From: Bugula neritina
Taxonomy: Eukaryota; Animalia; Bryozoa
NCBI GenBank assembly: GCA_964035545.1
Contig: OZ037769.1
Location: forward strand, 8,661,929 to 8,725,928
Length of the DNA: 64,000 bases
Direction of reading: 5' to 3'
Part shown: piece by piece, positions 30,897-43,640 of the stretch
Layout: every line of letters begins with the position of its first letter
Position numbering within the stretch: the first letter of the stretch is position 1
The notes under the pieces: model-generated
What the model was told of the DNA's origin: nothing
The model's input: the letters and a program-made list of their open reading frames with translations, nothing else
Databases searched by the model: none
Translations under genes and position numbers: made by a program

Positions 30897-31155
30897 CAGC
30901 TGCAGGTTCAGTTTCTCCATTGCTTCTGAGTTCAGGGTATAGAGAAAAGAATTGTTCGAACAGCTGTTTATCTTGTAGCTGGGAGGAAAGAAACCGAGGT
31001 GGTAATTTATGAAGAAGAGAGTTATCAGTGCCCTTAAAGCCCAGATCTGTTAGAAGTTCTTCAGGATCAACCTTCTGGCTGTTTAGAATAGCAGCTACAC
31101 AGACTCTATAGAAGTGAAGACTATCAACTAGTTCATGCTCAGTACTGCATGACAT
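30897..31155 (-). CDS. First coding exon, KRAP/SSFA2/Tespa1-type IP3-receptor-binding domain (ITPRID-like protein)
   Basis: VAAILNSQKVDPEELLTDLGF...LHKLPPRFLSS resembles the KRAP_IP3R_bind motif DPEEIL.NLGF...KIPSRF; G|gtaagt donor. Confidence 0.7.
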
Positions 31156-32135
31156 AACTTGCTATTGGCAGAGATAAGCTGCAACTGATGATGGTTTATG
31201 AGCTATGACCTGTAGGCTTCAATAAAACCATCCATCCATCAATTGTGTGCTCTTATCAGTATTCTAAACTTGAGTGTGAGTAGTATAGATTAGAATATTC
31301 ACAAAATAAAAGTTGAACACTATTGGTTTATATTCTATTAGGAACTTCAGCAATGATAATATTACATATGAATTTCGGTCTTGATCTATATATTACTTCA
31401 AGCTGTAAAAATTCAGTCATCAATTTGTAAGATAATTGGTAAGTTATAACTGCAAAACAAAGAACTTTTTCATATTATATTTCATTTACTAAAATAAAAG
31501 ATAGCTGATTAAAGTTCATTATAAAAGGAACACAATCTGAATTAGCAAATTCATATATAATTATGCAATTGTGAAATGCTTCTTTTCAATATATTAATTA
31601 TATTATAATTATATTATGCACATGTACCTTGGCATAATAAGCAAACTATTGAAATTAAATACTTTTTTTAAATTAGAAAACAAGTTTTTATATTATATTC
31701 GCAAATTGCAGAAGTATATTTCATTTAACTTAGTAGAAGCTTATATAAGCTGGCAAAAGAATTCATGTATATAAACAGCAATATATTATAGGATAATAAG
31801 ATATCGTCTTGCAGCTGCTTACTATTAGTTTTATATACTTTAATTCACTTCTAAATGTTAGTTCGGCTGCAACTTTCAGTAGCAGACCAATATGTCATAC
31901 CACTGCCACACAGTATAACTGTCAGTCTTATAAGAGAGCACAATGATTGGTTGGGGGATGGAGGCATTATAGCTCTCAAACTGCATGAATCAACTATATT
32001 ATAGTAATTACCTACAGTAGGGTACAAAATTTAAATGCTATTATCTAGCTAGCAAATTTTCATAATACTTCATTTTCTATTTCCAAGATGCTTTACTCCC
32101 TGTCATTTACTCTTGTACTTGACTGAAATTGCAGA

Positions 32136-34787
32136 TGAGCAATTGCACATATACTTTCTCTTTAATCAACATTTGCATTGACACCATGCGTTCTCATGCA
32201 AACCAAACCCTGCTACTTATAGGAGCATGGTCTAAATTCTATAAGTATGCATCAGGAACCACTGTGTTAGACTTTTTATAGTTTACAGTATAACTGTAAA
32301 TTAAGTGAAATGAAATTGGAAATATTTGATCACATCAGGGCTTACATATATGTGGCAGCAAAACATGCTACCAACGGATATTTTTTACAACAATCAAACT
32401 TAAATTAAAAAAGCCTCTGTTTGAAATGTATACAACATCTTGAAATGTATGTTATGTGATCAGCAAAAGAAGCTGCAGGAACAGCTGACTCTGACATTAA
32501 GAGAATGTCAGAAGCTACTCCAGAGCAACTTGCCTCACCTGAGATTACCAAGATCTCTGCTGACTTAGCAAGAAAGCAGAAGCTGTTTCAGGACATCAGC
32601 AAGCAGCTGAATGAAGCTAAAGCTTTTCAGTCTGTTGATATAAAGTCTATGAGCCAGCAGGAGTTCATAACGGTGTTTGAGAAACTTGATTTTGGTAAGT
32701 GGCTGCAGTTAATGGAATCTATAATACAACTGTATTATATTATATATTTATAATATATTATGTTATATGCTACAAATATGTATATTATAATATGCAGCTA
32801 TTTTATATTATATATATAATCTATTATGCAATTATATTATATCATATTACACATCTATAATCTATAATACAACTATATTATATATTTTTAATATATCATA
32901 TGCTATAAATACGTTATAATATACAACTATTTTATGTTATATATATGCGTAATATATTATGCAACTATATTGTATTATATTACACTTTTGTACTCTAAAA
33001 TACAAATATATTATATATTTATAATAGATTATGTGTTATAAATATACTATAACATGCGACTATAGTATATTATATATCTGTAATATATGATATTAGATGA
33101 TATAACTACACTATATTATATTATATGTTTGTGATATATTATAAAACTACATTATATTTTATATCTGTAATATATTATATGCATGTAATATGTGATACAT
33201 TTATATTATATATGTGCATATAATATGTTTTATATTTGCAATATACTAGACTATGCATATACAATACCTTACTGCATATATCTTATTATAAAATGCTTAC
33301 ATAATATAATATAGTTAATTATTACAGTTATTTTATTGTGAAAGCATGACTGAGTAAATAAATAAAAAGTTAATATTTACTATTTCTTACAAAAAATCTT
33401 ACATTTGACAAAACTGTAAACCATTATTTTGTTGACTATATAATCTGCTGTTCACTCCACATCTCTGTTGCTTTAACGTGACTGGGAGACGCTCAAAGCC
33501 TGTTTTCTGTAAAACAAAATTGACTTAAACAATGAAATAAGACACTAGAGGCATTCTTGCTATAATGAAACTTTCACTTACAATATATTTTGTGTGTGAT
33601 GGCGGTAGAGATAATCCAAAGCCACACACAACAAATTTTGTTCTTTTAATTATTGAGCAGCTCAGACAGGTTTTCAATAGCTATTGCATTTTATTTGTTA
33701 TAATGCAGATGGGTATGTGTTTGCTGTAACTGACTTGGACCGAATCACACTTGGTGAGAAATGTGAGGTTATCTCAGACAAGCTATGCTATGATTTAGAT
33801 GTCACTCCATCCGCCCAGATACTTATTGGGAAAGTAGAAGGATTTGACATTTGTGAAAAGAATGGAAAAATTTTAAGATCAGTAAAAGTTAACGGATTTT
33901 CTATTATCAGCGTTCAATATTATAAAAAGCAAAATCTATATATTGGCCATTGACTGTTTGAAAGATAGAAAAAAGCGGAAAGTCATAGTTTTTGATATGC
34001 CTAACTACACCGAGTCGGCTTCTTGGAGTGTGCCAGACTTTGAATACATCAGCATGCTTGCGGTTAACAATGACAAGGTTTACGTTGCTGACCCCTATGC
34101 TAAAAAGGTGAAGATCTATTCACTGACCGGGAAACCAATAAGCGATTTTTTTCACTCTAGCTTCATTACACCATGTAACATGAGCAGATGCCCACCAGAT
34201 GGTGTCCTGGTAACGGACAATGGTGCCGGCCTAGTTTATAAAATTAACTGCATGAACGACCAGTTGGCCTGAGAGTTCAAAGTAAACAACCCACGCGGAG
34301 TCTTCTGTGACAAACTCGGCAACATATGGGTGTGGGCAAAAAACTCCAAGGAACTGGTGCTTCGATCTTCTGATGGTAAGAGATGACCAAATGTCAGGAT
34401 TTGGCTGACATTATACTGCATGTATTTACATGTACATGCATGCAGTATACTACCAGTAATTACACAAACATGCATGCAATATTCTGTTAAGAGTTAATGG
34501 TTATTGTATGTAATGTACTCCTACATTGCTAACTGTAGCCTAGAGCACCTAGCTATAACTGTAATAATTAAAGTTGAACTTAGATATAGAAAGATGATTG
34601 AAATTTCCTATATTTATAGAGTTGTCTTACTTTAGGTAAACAGACAAAAAGCTTCTCACACCCAGAGCTGCTGAAAACAGGAGTGGATTTCATAACGGGG
34701 CTCTCTATGTCAGAAGGAGAGTTGTGGTTGGCAGCAAACAAAACAGGGGTTATGAGAATAAAAATGAATGTGGCTCCTGCAAAATGA
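32136..34787 (+). pseudogene. B-box/coiled-coil plus NHL-like beta-propeller (TRIM-NHL-like) pseudogene; exons about 32464-32694, 33709-34375, 34636-34787
   Basis: Canonical splice sites; propeller blades VYVADP, GVLVTD, PRGVFCDKLGNIWVW; frameshift near 33945 and in-frame TGA at 34270; AATAAA at 34821. Confidence 0.65.
32730..33310. repeat. Very AT-rich degenerate tandem repeat (tatattata) in an intron
   Basis: Low-complexity TA-rich units. Confidence 0.7.
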
Positions 34788-35542
34788 AGAATATTCAGGA
34801 ACGAAGCTACCGCAGCATTTAATAAAACAAGTATAATTTAATCCTGTATTTTAAAATGGAGCCTGTCGGAATTTCCTAACCTGCGATTTATGATGTCCTA
34901 GACTTTGTTTCTTTGATATTTTCAACAGTTTTTACCCTTGTTTGAGAAAATACAGTGTGTCGAATTTTCATCAGTGTTGTATGTAGTATTGATCGTAGTG
35001 TGTAATTATAATGCCTAGTACAAGATTAAGCCAGAAAAATATACAAGCATAATGTAATGACTACAGAAAATTTAGTAGTTTGACTAAAAATGCTTACTTT
35101 TAAAAAAGGTTTTGATGCTGGTGTGCACTCTTTTTTACCTTATCAAGTTTTAAAATGTTACATTGGGTGATGTAAATGTTCCTGTCTTTTTCAAGGTTTT
35201 TGCATTCTTATACAGCATATTGCACCAATCATTGTAAACTATTATATTATCTTTACTTTTTTGGCTGATGTGTTTTATAGGACATAATCTTTGCTTATTT
35301 TTAATGTAAGTATTTATTTATGAGTGCTATGAATTATGTTCATGCAGCACCGAATTCAAATTACATGAAAAGTACAGTTGAAATTATTGTTCCTATTTGA
35401 ATTATCCTGCAGTACTAGAAAACATGATTGCTATATTTTCTAATTGAGTGTAAACCCTCAATTTATCTAGTTGGCTCATGCACACACTTATACTATTGAG
35501 TTGTAATTGCTCGAGATCAAAATTTGATGAATAAATAAATAA

Positions 35543-35592
<50 letters not shown>
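35543..35592. repeat. (TG)n microsatellite
   Basis: Seen directly. Confidence 0.95.
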
Positions 35593-35594
<2 letters not shown>

Positions 35595-36268
35595 CTGTGT
35601 GCAGCAAGTGTTTTATTGTCTGTCTCCTTGACAGCACAAAACAGAGTGCCATGGCTAACACCTTCCTGATGAAAGAAACTAACGTTTCCATTAAAACATA
35701 TTCAATAAGTGTGTGACTTAAAGCCACCTGACAGCTCAAATAGGAGTTATGATAATACATCAGCTGAGGTAAAATGAGCTGAAATTATACATGAAAAATA
35801 TTGCATAAAATGTAGACTTTACATAAAACTATTGATTATGACATTACCTAGTTAATGAAATCATAATATTCTCTAATGGATTTGTTTTTAGAAGTTAAAG
35901 TTTTTTATATTTAAACTTGGAATCAGTTTTACCCTAGACATACCAGCATATCTATATTGTATAAATCTAGCTTGTAGAAAACCAATTTATTCTAGCAATT
36001 ATAATCATGAAAATACTCAACATCTTAAAAAATGTAAATAGATACAATGCACATATGAATTATTGGGAGCACAAGAATTGAAAACGTATTATTGTCATTT
36101 TGGTAAGTATGCTATTCTCCGATACACTAACAAAATATTTTTAATAATTACAATTAAACTAAATCAATTTATGGTATTTAAATTGAAAGCAACAAATTTG
36201 TTTGTATGGGTCGTCAAATTTATTTAGCATGCAACTCCCATAACTGAGTTAACCATCCTTTGCGATTA

Positions 36269-37395
36269 TCATGTCAACTCGTACAACCCCCTTGTCACAG
36301 GCTGCTCCCCATAAGTGATCCATGGATCGATCTCGCTGAGATCGGTACATGGAAAGCCGGTGATTATATCATACAACATACTGAGCTCTCCGAACACTTG
36401 AATAAACTCTTGGTGATTGAGAGAATCAACATCAATTGATTGGAGCGAGCAACCTGCTTCAATTATCTGTGATGTCACATCTTTTAAAAGCTTTTGCTTT
36501 TCTGGTAACTCGGTGACTATTTTCGTCAGGTCCGGAGACACCAGTTGTTCTGGCGATGCGTTAGCCATCTTTTGGATTTCCAAGGTAATTTCTTCTTGCA
36601 ACTCTTTTTCTATAAGAAAATCAGAAGAGTTGAAGAGCCATCTTTTGAGTTTCATTTTACTAATTTATTCTTATTCATCGAAGTTATTTGAGACTATGAT
36701 TTATAGAAAACAGGTTACCTGCGCACTCTAATATTGCTATGAAATATACTATTGATAACTATAAGAGAGATATATATGGCAACTAAAAAAAAAGTGAAAT
36801 TATTCAATAGTTGAGATTCTAGACTGCAGGCTTTGAAAAGAATTGTTTTTTATTACCTGCTTGGAAAGAGTGCCCATTGCCAATTCTTTATTCGATGTAT
36901 TTCTCTTTACAGACTTCATACATTTCTTCAAAGTTTGTACATTATGCTTTTCCGTTCTCACATGGTTTCTTGGAGCAGCTGCGTGGTATGACAACATTCA
37001 TTCAATTCATATCGCTTTCATAGATATAACACTATATTTGGAAAGAATTATTTTGCATATACATATATCATAAATTTAAAATTACTTATAAATGCTACTT
37101 TATGGTATAACTTATTGCCATTGATTTAATGTATAAGTAAACTTGATGATTAAAAAGCACCTCAAATCTACAATATCATGTTTAACAAAATGTTTATGAG
37201 CATTTATTCTAACAAGGAAGATGTAAAACCAGCCAGAGACAATCACCAGACACCAACCTTGTACAGATGAATAGTTTGCAGTACCTGCAGTACCAATCAA
37301 TGGGCCGCCCACAATCTTCTGACTGACAATCGGCTTCTGTGAACAGATAGAAAGTATGTAAATCTATTCTAATGACAGAGTGAACTGCGCCACAT
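36269..37395 (-). pseudogene. Paralogous B-box/coiled-coil gene or pseudogene convergent with 32136-34787; no propeller seen
   Basis: MANASPEQLVSPDLTKIVTELPEKQKLLKDVTSQI...HQEFIQVFGEL aligns with MSEATPEQLASPEITKISADLARKQKLFQDISKQL...QQEFITVFEKL; B-box-like DCQSEDCGRPIDWYCRYCKLFIC. Confidence 0.6.
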
Positions 37396-39496
37396 TCTGA
37401 CATACAGCTCTCTTAGGATAATGTACAACATAGATTTTATGTAATACTAACAGCTTTCTAACTTATAATATGTACTATGTTGTATTGCTTACCAGAGAGA
37501 GTAACAATACCATGTACCAACAGTTCTATAGCACAGTATACCATATACCTTATCCCATATACAGCATAGGTACACCACAGTAAGGTATACTATATATAAC
37601 TTAGATATTACAGCATACTGCATAGGTCTACTACAGTGAGGTATACCATAAAATTTAGATATTGTAGTATAGGTACATCACAGTAAAGGTTACTGCTATG
37701 TTACGATTATGGTATACCATATATACCTTAAATATTTATTTATTTACAGCTGTGTAAGTACATTATCTAGTTGCCAAAGTCAAACCAAACCAATATCTAC
37801 AAGGAGTTATCATTTCTTTTGATTATTATTCTGAACTCTGCCGATTAAGTTATCACAGGACCAAAAATTTGACGGTGGCTTTTACAATGCAACTCGGTGA
37901 AATTTGAATGAAAATCGTAAAGGTATAAACACAACTTTAGAGTATTTTATATTGTAGGACATTTGAGATAGTATGCTAACCTTGTGCCAGAGAGACAAAT
38001 GAAAAACAACATTGGGCATTAAAAAGTGTAAAAAAAGAGTCCATAGTTTTACCTGATTGAATAAAATGGTGCAATGCATCAGTTAGATCGGGCTAAAGCA
38101 AGGCTGTAATTTGTGTTAAAACTCCAGTATATCTAAAATGAGAAACACTGTTACTTAGCAACATTGTTGCCTAGAAATATACTTAATCGCAAATGAAACA
38201 CCTCAAACTTTCAACAGAGATCAAAACTTATACAATAATATTGAATATTATACCAAACAGTGTCCAGTGTCAGAATTATTATATAGTTTTATGGTAAAAT
38301 AACCATGAATTATTACCACATTTTATTAGACATGTATGACATCGTCATGCTATTACTTATTCTAATGACTAAAGCTCAGTTAGAGTAATGTTGATTTGTT
38401 ACTTGACTGCTTACTTTTCAAGTCAACTAATGGTAATACCAATAGTAATTGACTCAAATGACATAATTTTTATTCCTAAATCAATTTTAAGCTGATTCAA
38501 GTTTAAGTTGATCAAAGCTATTGATAGGTTACACTTCAAATACCCAAACTCAATTTTTTTCTAAACTAGACAATCCCCAGCATAGATCTGAGGTTAACAT
38601 AACTTGACTTGCCTAGACCACCAATACCCATAGATTATACTTAGGGGCTCTGCTGGGTGGGGGGGGGGTGAGGGTGGGGGTGAGCATGCAGTGCTCTCAA
38701 AATTAGTTCTAGGGTCTCCTAAACTTAACAGTGCTCCACTATAATAACTTATTGCATTAAACAATACTATATGTGAAATTAGTGGTTAAATTCTTGGTTT
38801 TTGAATAGCTGATGATAGAACTCTATGAATGTCTAAAAATTAAAGCAGACCAGTCATTATATAGCCATTGTCATTATTTGCTTCAATAGATTTATAATGA
38901 GCATATCCTCGAATTCCCTGTTTAATTTTTTATATATGCTAGTAACTTTATTTTCTGAACTGCATAGTTAATATAAATCATATTTAATTAATTAGTATAT
39001 CTGTGTAAAACCTCAACAATAGCCAGAGTCATGCTTGTGCAGATACAACACACAAAGTACTATATTCACGTTTTGCTTTTGAAATTAAAAGTGAGTTTAA
39101 TTTAATACTCTGTTTCTTTTTCTAGTGTAATTTGTCCTGAAAATAATTGAAATTGCAGTTTAAAATCAAAGAAAAGATAAAAAATTCAATTACTACAAGA
39201 CTGAGAAACACAAGGGCCCATGACTTATGAATTATTGGGTGTTAACATCAATGTTATTTTAGGTACCCCACCATTTTCAAACCGCACTAACAGTAATGCT
39301 AACTGCCCCTGCTGAGTAATTATTTAATGCAATTACTATTATCATTAGTAAATCTGTATAAGTATTACAGTAACTCATAATATTAAATTTAATAGGCTAC
39401 ACTAATATGTCTACTAGACCTACTCCGGCTCCTACTCCTGCCACTACCACTATTACTACTACCTAGTGGCTATTAGTAGTACTAGCATTGGCGCTG

Positions 39497-39773
39497 ATTT
39501 TAGGTAAAAATACCACAGTAAAAATGACAGAGGTAATAATTAATAATGGCACATGTGATAATGGCAGTATGGAAAAGTAGGTAAAATGCCCCATTGATGT
39601 TAAATTTTCCAAAGCCCAAACTAAAACCTCCAAACTCAAACCCTTAAGCCCCCATCCTAAAAGTAAATATCCAATCCACCACCCTAAACCCTAATATTTA
39701 AAATGTGCCATTTTAATCTACTGTTCCATTTGCGCCATTATTACCTGTGCTGTTTTTACATGTGCCATTTTTA
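39497..39773. mobile_element. MITE-like element (aatggcac/gtgccatt inverted motifs, central ccctaaaccctaa) that the KDZ transposon inserted into; remainder at 58905-58920
   Basis: ggtaaaaat... at the left; ...catttttacaggacac resumes after the big element; (ACT)n-rich flanks on both sides. Confidence 0.55.
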
Positions 39774-39862
39774 GAGGTAGGTGCAGTAATGGAGATATTG
39801 GAAATCACATATAAGAATTTACTATACAACATTTTCATTTTCTCCACATTATGTTATATATC

Positions 39863-40190
39863 AACACTTTTGGAGATTTGTTGAAAGTGTTAGACGGACC
39901 CTATCTGATTATTTTGTTAGATTGTTGAAAATTCAATGCTTTTATATATAAAAAAGTGTTGGAGATTTGTTGAAAGTGTTAGACAGAGCCCTATCTGATT
40001 ATTTTGTTAGATTGTTGAAAATTCAATGCTTTTATATATAAAAAAGTGTTGGAGATTTGTTGAAAGTGTTGGAGATTTGTTGAAAGTGTTAGACAGAGCC
40101 CTATCTGATTATTTTGTTAGACTGTTGGATTGTTGAAAATTCAATGCTTTTATATATCTACACTTTTGGAGATTTGTTGAAAGTGTTTGT
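39863..40190 (+). repeat. Left subterminal array, ~89-90-bp unit (ggagatttgttgaaagtgttagacagagccctatctgattattttgttagattgttgaaaattcaatgcttttatatataaaaaagtgtt)
   Basis: Units start at 39872, 39961, 40051/40071; reverse complement of the 58330-58745 array. Confidence 0.95.
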
Positions 40191-40380
40191 ACATTGTTTT
40201 TTCCTGCAATGTATTTGTTGAATGCTTCTATGCTGTGAAGCCGATCATTTCATGCTTCCATTCAATTAAAAATAGTAATAACACTAATTTTTTTTGACAT
40301 TTTGAGCATTTAATAATTTAATTGCTAAAATATAAAAAATACATTACTCTAAATAGCATCAATGTAAAACAACTCATTCT

Positions 40381-43186
40381 CTATTTCTTCATAAAATACA
40401 TGGAGTTTTTTCTTGCTCCTTGTGTTATAGTTCCAAGTCCTATTTTTTCTGCCGCCATCAAAAAATCCTTGCATTCACTCACAGTTTTGATTATTTTGTT
40501 CTGCTGCAGCGTCCTTGCTGTTATCACCTTCTCTTTTAGAGTATGCAACCTCTTTGTCGCATTGAGCTCCAAAAATTGTTCTTCGGTCATTGCCCCATAG
40601 TAACTGCTATTCTGCAAATTCATAACATATATTTCCTGAACAGTCTTTGGAAGGTTCCAAAGATGATTTGCTCCACATTTTCAATTGTTTTATATTTTAA
40701 CAGCAGCTTCGCAACATATATCGTAATTGCTTTGTTCATTATTGCAATTTTTTTTTGAAACACTAACCTCTTTAGCCTGTTCACCCTTTCTTTGAGGCAT
40801 CCCAATGATATTTAATTTCCAACCATCAAGATGCCGCATAACTGCAATTGCCTGTGTCATGCTGCTTGCTTGTACAATTCTAGTCCCTGGCACTCCTTCC
40901 TCAAGCGCATTGCTTGCCGCTTCCAGCACCATGGCCAATCGTAGGACATAACCCTGCATAATTACAATCAAGCAACTATAAGTTTACACAATAAGGTGTT
41001 TACAAACATGTATGGGTTGAGCTGCATCTATGATACTGAATTTCATTAGAAAACAAATCTGGGTGAAAGAGATTCTCACACTTCATATTTTTAAAGCTTG
41101 TGACTTTGAGTTATTGTAACATAGTAATATTTGCAAATATCTGTAGCGTTTTTTGTTACATAGGCATTGAAATTTGTAAAAGCTAGCTTATAAAGTTTGT
41201 AAATTGCCGAAATTTTACTTACAGAAGATTTATTTACCAGTCCCAAAGACGGATCAGCTGCTGGGAGGTCAGACGTTTTTGCCTCCATCTCATCAAAATA
41301 ATGTTCGAACAATGTTCCCGCTTCTGAATTTAGTTTATAGAAGTTCTTCTGAAAAAGTGGCCTCACAAATATTAAATACTAAATAATGCAATACATACAA
41401 TACATTTCAAGTCTCTTAACCAATTAAAATTTATAAAGATCCAAATACATAATTTTAATGAAAATAAACTTTTTTACACACGATTCACTTGCATACAACT
41501 TATAACTTATCCAGTTTTAAAATCCAGCTACATGCCAAACCAGTTACTAGCTATCTTGGCAGATTCAAATACATATAGACTTATACTATTCAGCATATAT
41601 GCATTACTTGAAATTTTACCTCTGAACAATGGTGATTTTGAAACACCTTCAAAAAAAGATTGAACAGATCTTTCCCACTCTCCACTCGCTTTCCTATCTC
41701 TTGAAACTTTACATGGCGCTTTGTGGTGAAGCATATCAAATGGCGGTCCAAAAACCCGTCTATATTGCCTCTCTTCATGAGCTGGTTGAGCAGCCGAGGT
41801 TGAAGAAAGCCTAGAAGTTATATGAAAGATTTTGTATAAAGTTTCAACAGGTAAAATATATTATATACCATTGTACGACACTTCTTTTAATAAATAATAG
41901 AACAGTAGCCAATAAACTGCAAACTACAAGAAAAGGAAATGAAGAAATTTTACATGTACACACTGAACTTTTGTGTACCTGTGTAATTTAATCTTGTTTC
42001 TTCTATTTCTTGTAGGCCTTGCTTGCTGTTTCGGGCCCAGCTCCCACCACCAGATAGTGTTAGCCAAACTCGTCTATCTAGGGAATCTGGTCTTCCCTTA
42101 TTGTCTAGACATTCGAACAAGCCTTCAATCTCATCCAGTATATTAAGATAAGTTCCGTTATTGGTGGATAATTGCTCATGCAATTTTGCCATAGGGATTG
42201 TTTCATTTGAGCAGAAAAGGCGAGAGAGACATGGCTCATTATCTATATATAAAGAAGTTCTATAGTAAATAGCAACAGAAAATTTTTTATCAGTAAAGTG
42301 AAAAAACAATGCTTATCTGAAAGAGCAGTTATTTTTTCCAGCAAAAGTTTAAACTGCAAATATTATGAAACATTGCATAACTACCTTGCGTTGAAAGTCC
42401 ACTAAAACTTGTTTCAGCTTGTTCATTACACACAGTATCTTTCACTCGCTTGAGGGCTGCCAACAGACACTTCAATGCCACTGTTTTTCGAGACCCTTTA
42501 GGTAACAGTAAATAAAAAATACTAATAATTTATCCTAACATACAAGCGGGGGGGGGGTTTGGGTAAAAAAAGCTCTAATCATGCTAAGCAAAAGACTGAT
42601 AAATGGTTTTGAATGAAATTATGTTCTCTTCATAATTTAGGCATTTTAATAGTCATTAGTTAATAAACATCAACATTCATGATCTGTGATTATGATGTCT
42701 AACCTGGAGGAGCAGCCACTGCAGACCAAATTATATTTGGTTCAGTAAAGTTGATCTCATCCCTATGAGTTGAGACAGTAGAAATCCCCATCAATCCAGA
42801 CACAATTGTGAGAACCGGTAGCAACAGCATCGAGATGTTGACAGAGGCTTCTTTTGAAATATCATCTAATAGCTTTACCAGCGGCGTGTTGGGGAGAACT
42901 TCCCATAACGGATCAGGATTTACCTGAAGTAAGTAAAATATGGTTTAAATGATAAATTATTAAATAAAAATACAATTGATCACTTATAATTTCCTAGAAA
43001 TGTTATTCCTTACCAAGATATAGAAGAATAGTTGTATAAATATAATAATGCAAATCCGTAGCTACTAATAACAATTCAAATACTTACATGTTCAGAAGTA
43101 TCTGTAATAGTAATTTCAGTGCATTCTACTGACATAGCTTCACAGTTGAGATTGGTTATATCAGTATCTGCGTTAGTGTCCATCAT
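40381..43186 (-). CDS. DUF3987/YfjI-like AAA+ P-loop ATPase/helicase, 8 exons (43088-43186, 42704-42923, 42385-42495, 41979-42242, 41620-41810, 41223-41348, 40768-40953, 40381-40611), about 475 aa, possible C-terminal winged helix
   Basis: All introns GT-AG with compatible phases; 1428 nt spliced with no stop; Walker A AAPPGSRKT, Walker B LNILDEIEG, GFLQP, DGFLDRH (Arg finger), GYVLRLAMVL. Confidence 0.8.
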
Positions 43187-43251
43187 ATTATAATTCTAAG
43201 TATAAATACCAAGATGGTGTAGTCTGGATCAGGCGAGCTTTACTGCTTTAC

Positions 43252-43640
43252 TGTCTAAACTGACAGCATGACTCTAACAATATTGCAACTACTAAAAATG
43301 GTTTTGTCTTATATACTAATCCATTTGATAAACATCATATTGTGTTGCAAGAAGTATGATTTCACATTTTAGCTATTTTGGGATAGGATCTCACTATTTC
43401 AAAGAGGTGGGCTGAAGTAAACAAACACCTGTGACATCACAGCTGATGCAAGCATAACTGCTGACTATGAATCATTCTACATGCGTAGCTACTGTTTTGG
43501 GGTAGTAATTAAAGAAGCATTAGGTCGACTACTGGCAGCTAGTGGTTATATAGGCTAATTGAAGGTTGATGACATTGTGATTGTGCGTGATGGTACTTCG
43601 AGTTATAATTCCTGTAAACATCCTATTTCATAACATTACA
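43252..43640 (-). repeat. BEL/Pao 3' LTR (389 bp, TG...CA), preceded on the minus strand by a purine-rich PPT-like tract
   Basis: Lies about 130 bp after the BEL integrase C-terminal motif (YLDRPIHKL); reverse complement of 49742-50126. Confidence 0.85.

Noticed and set aside
39640-39696. Interstitial telomere (ccctaa-like)
   Set aside because: Only 2-3 degenerate units, inside a MITE-like element.
39863-40190. CRISPR-like or independent satellite
   Set aside because: The whole unit repeats with no spacers, and it is mirrored at 58.3-58.7 kb as part of the transposon ends.
40381-43186. Bacterial contamination or recent HGT of a DUF3987 gene
   Set aside because: Seven phase-consistent GT-AG introns and host-like AT content.
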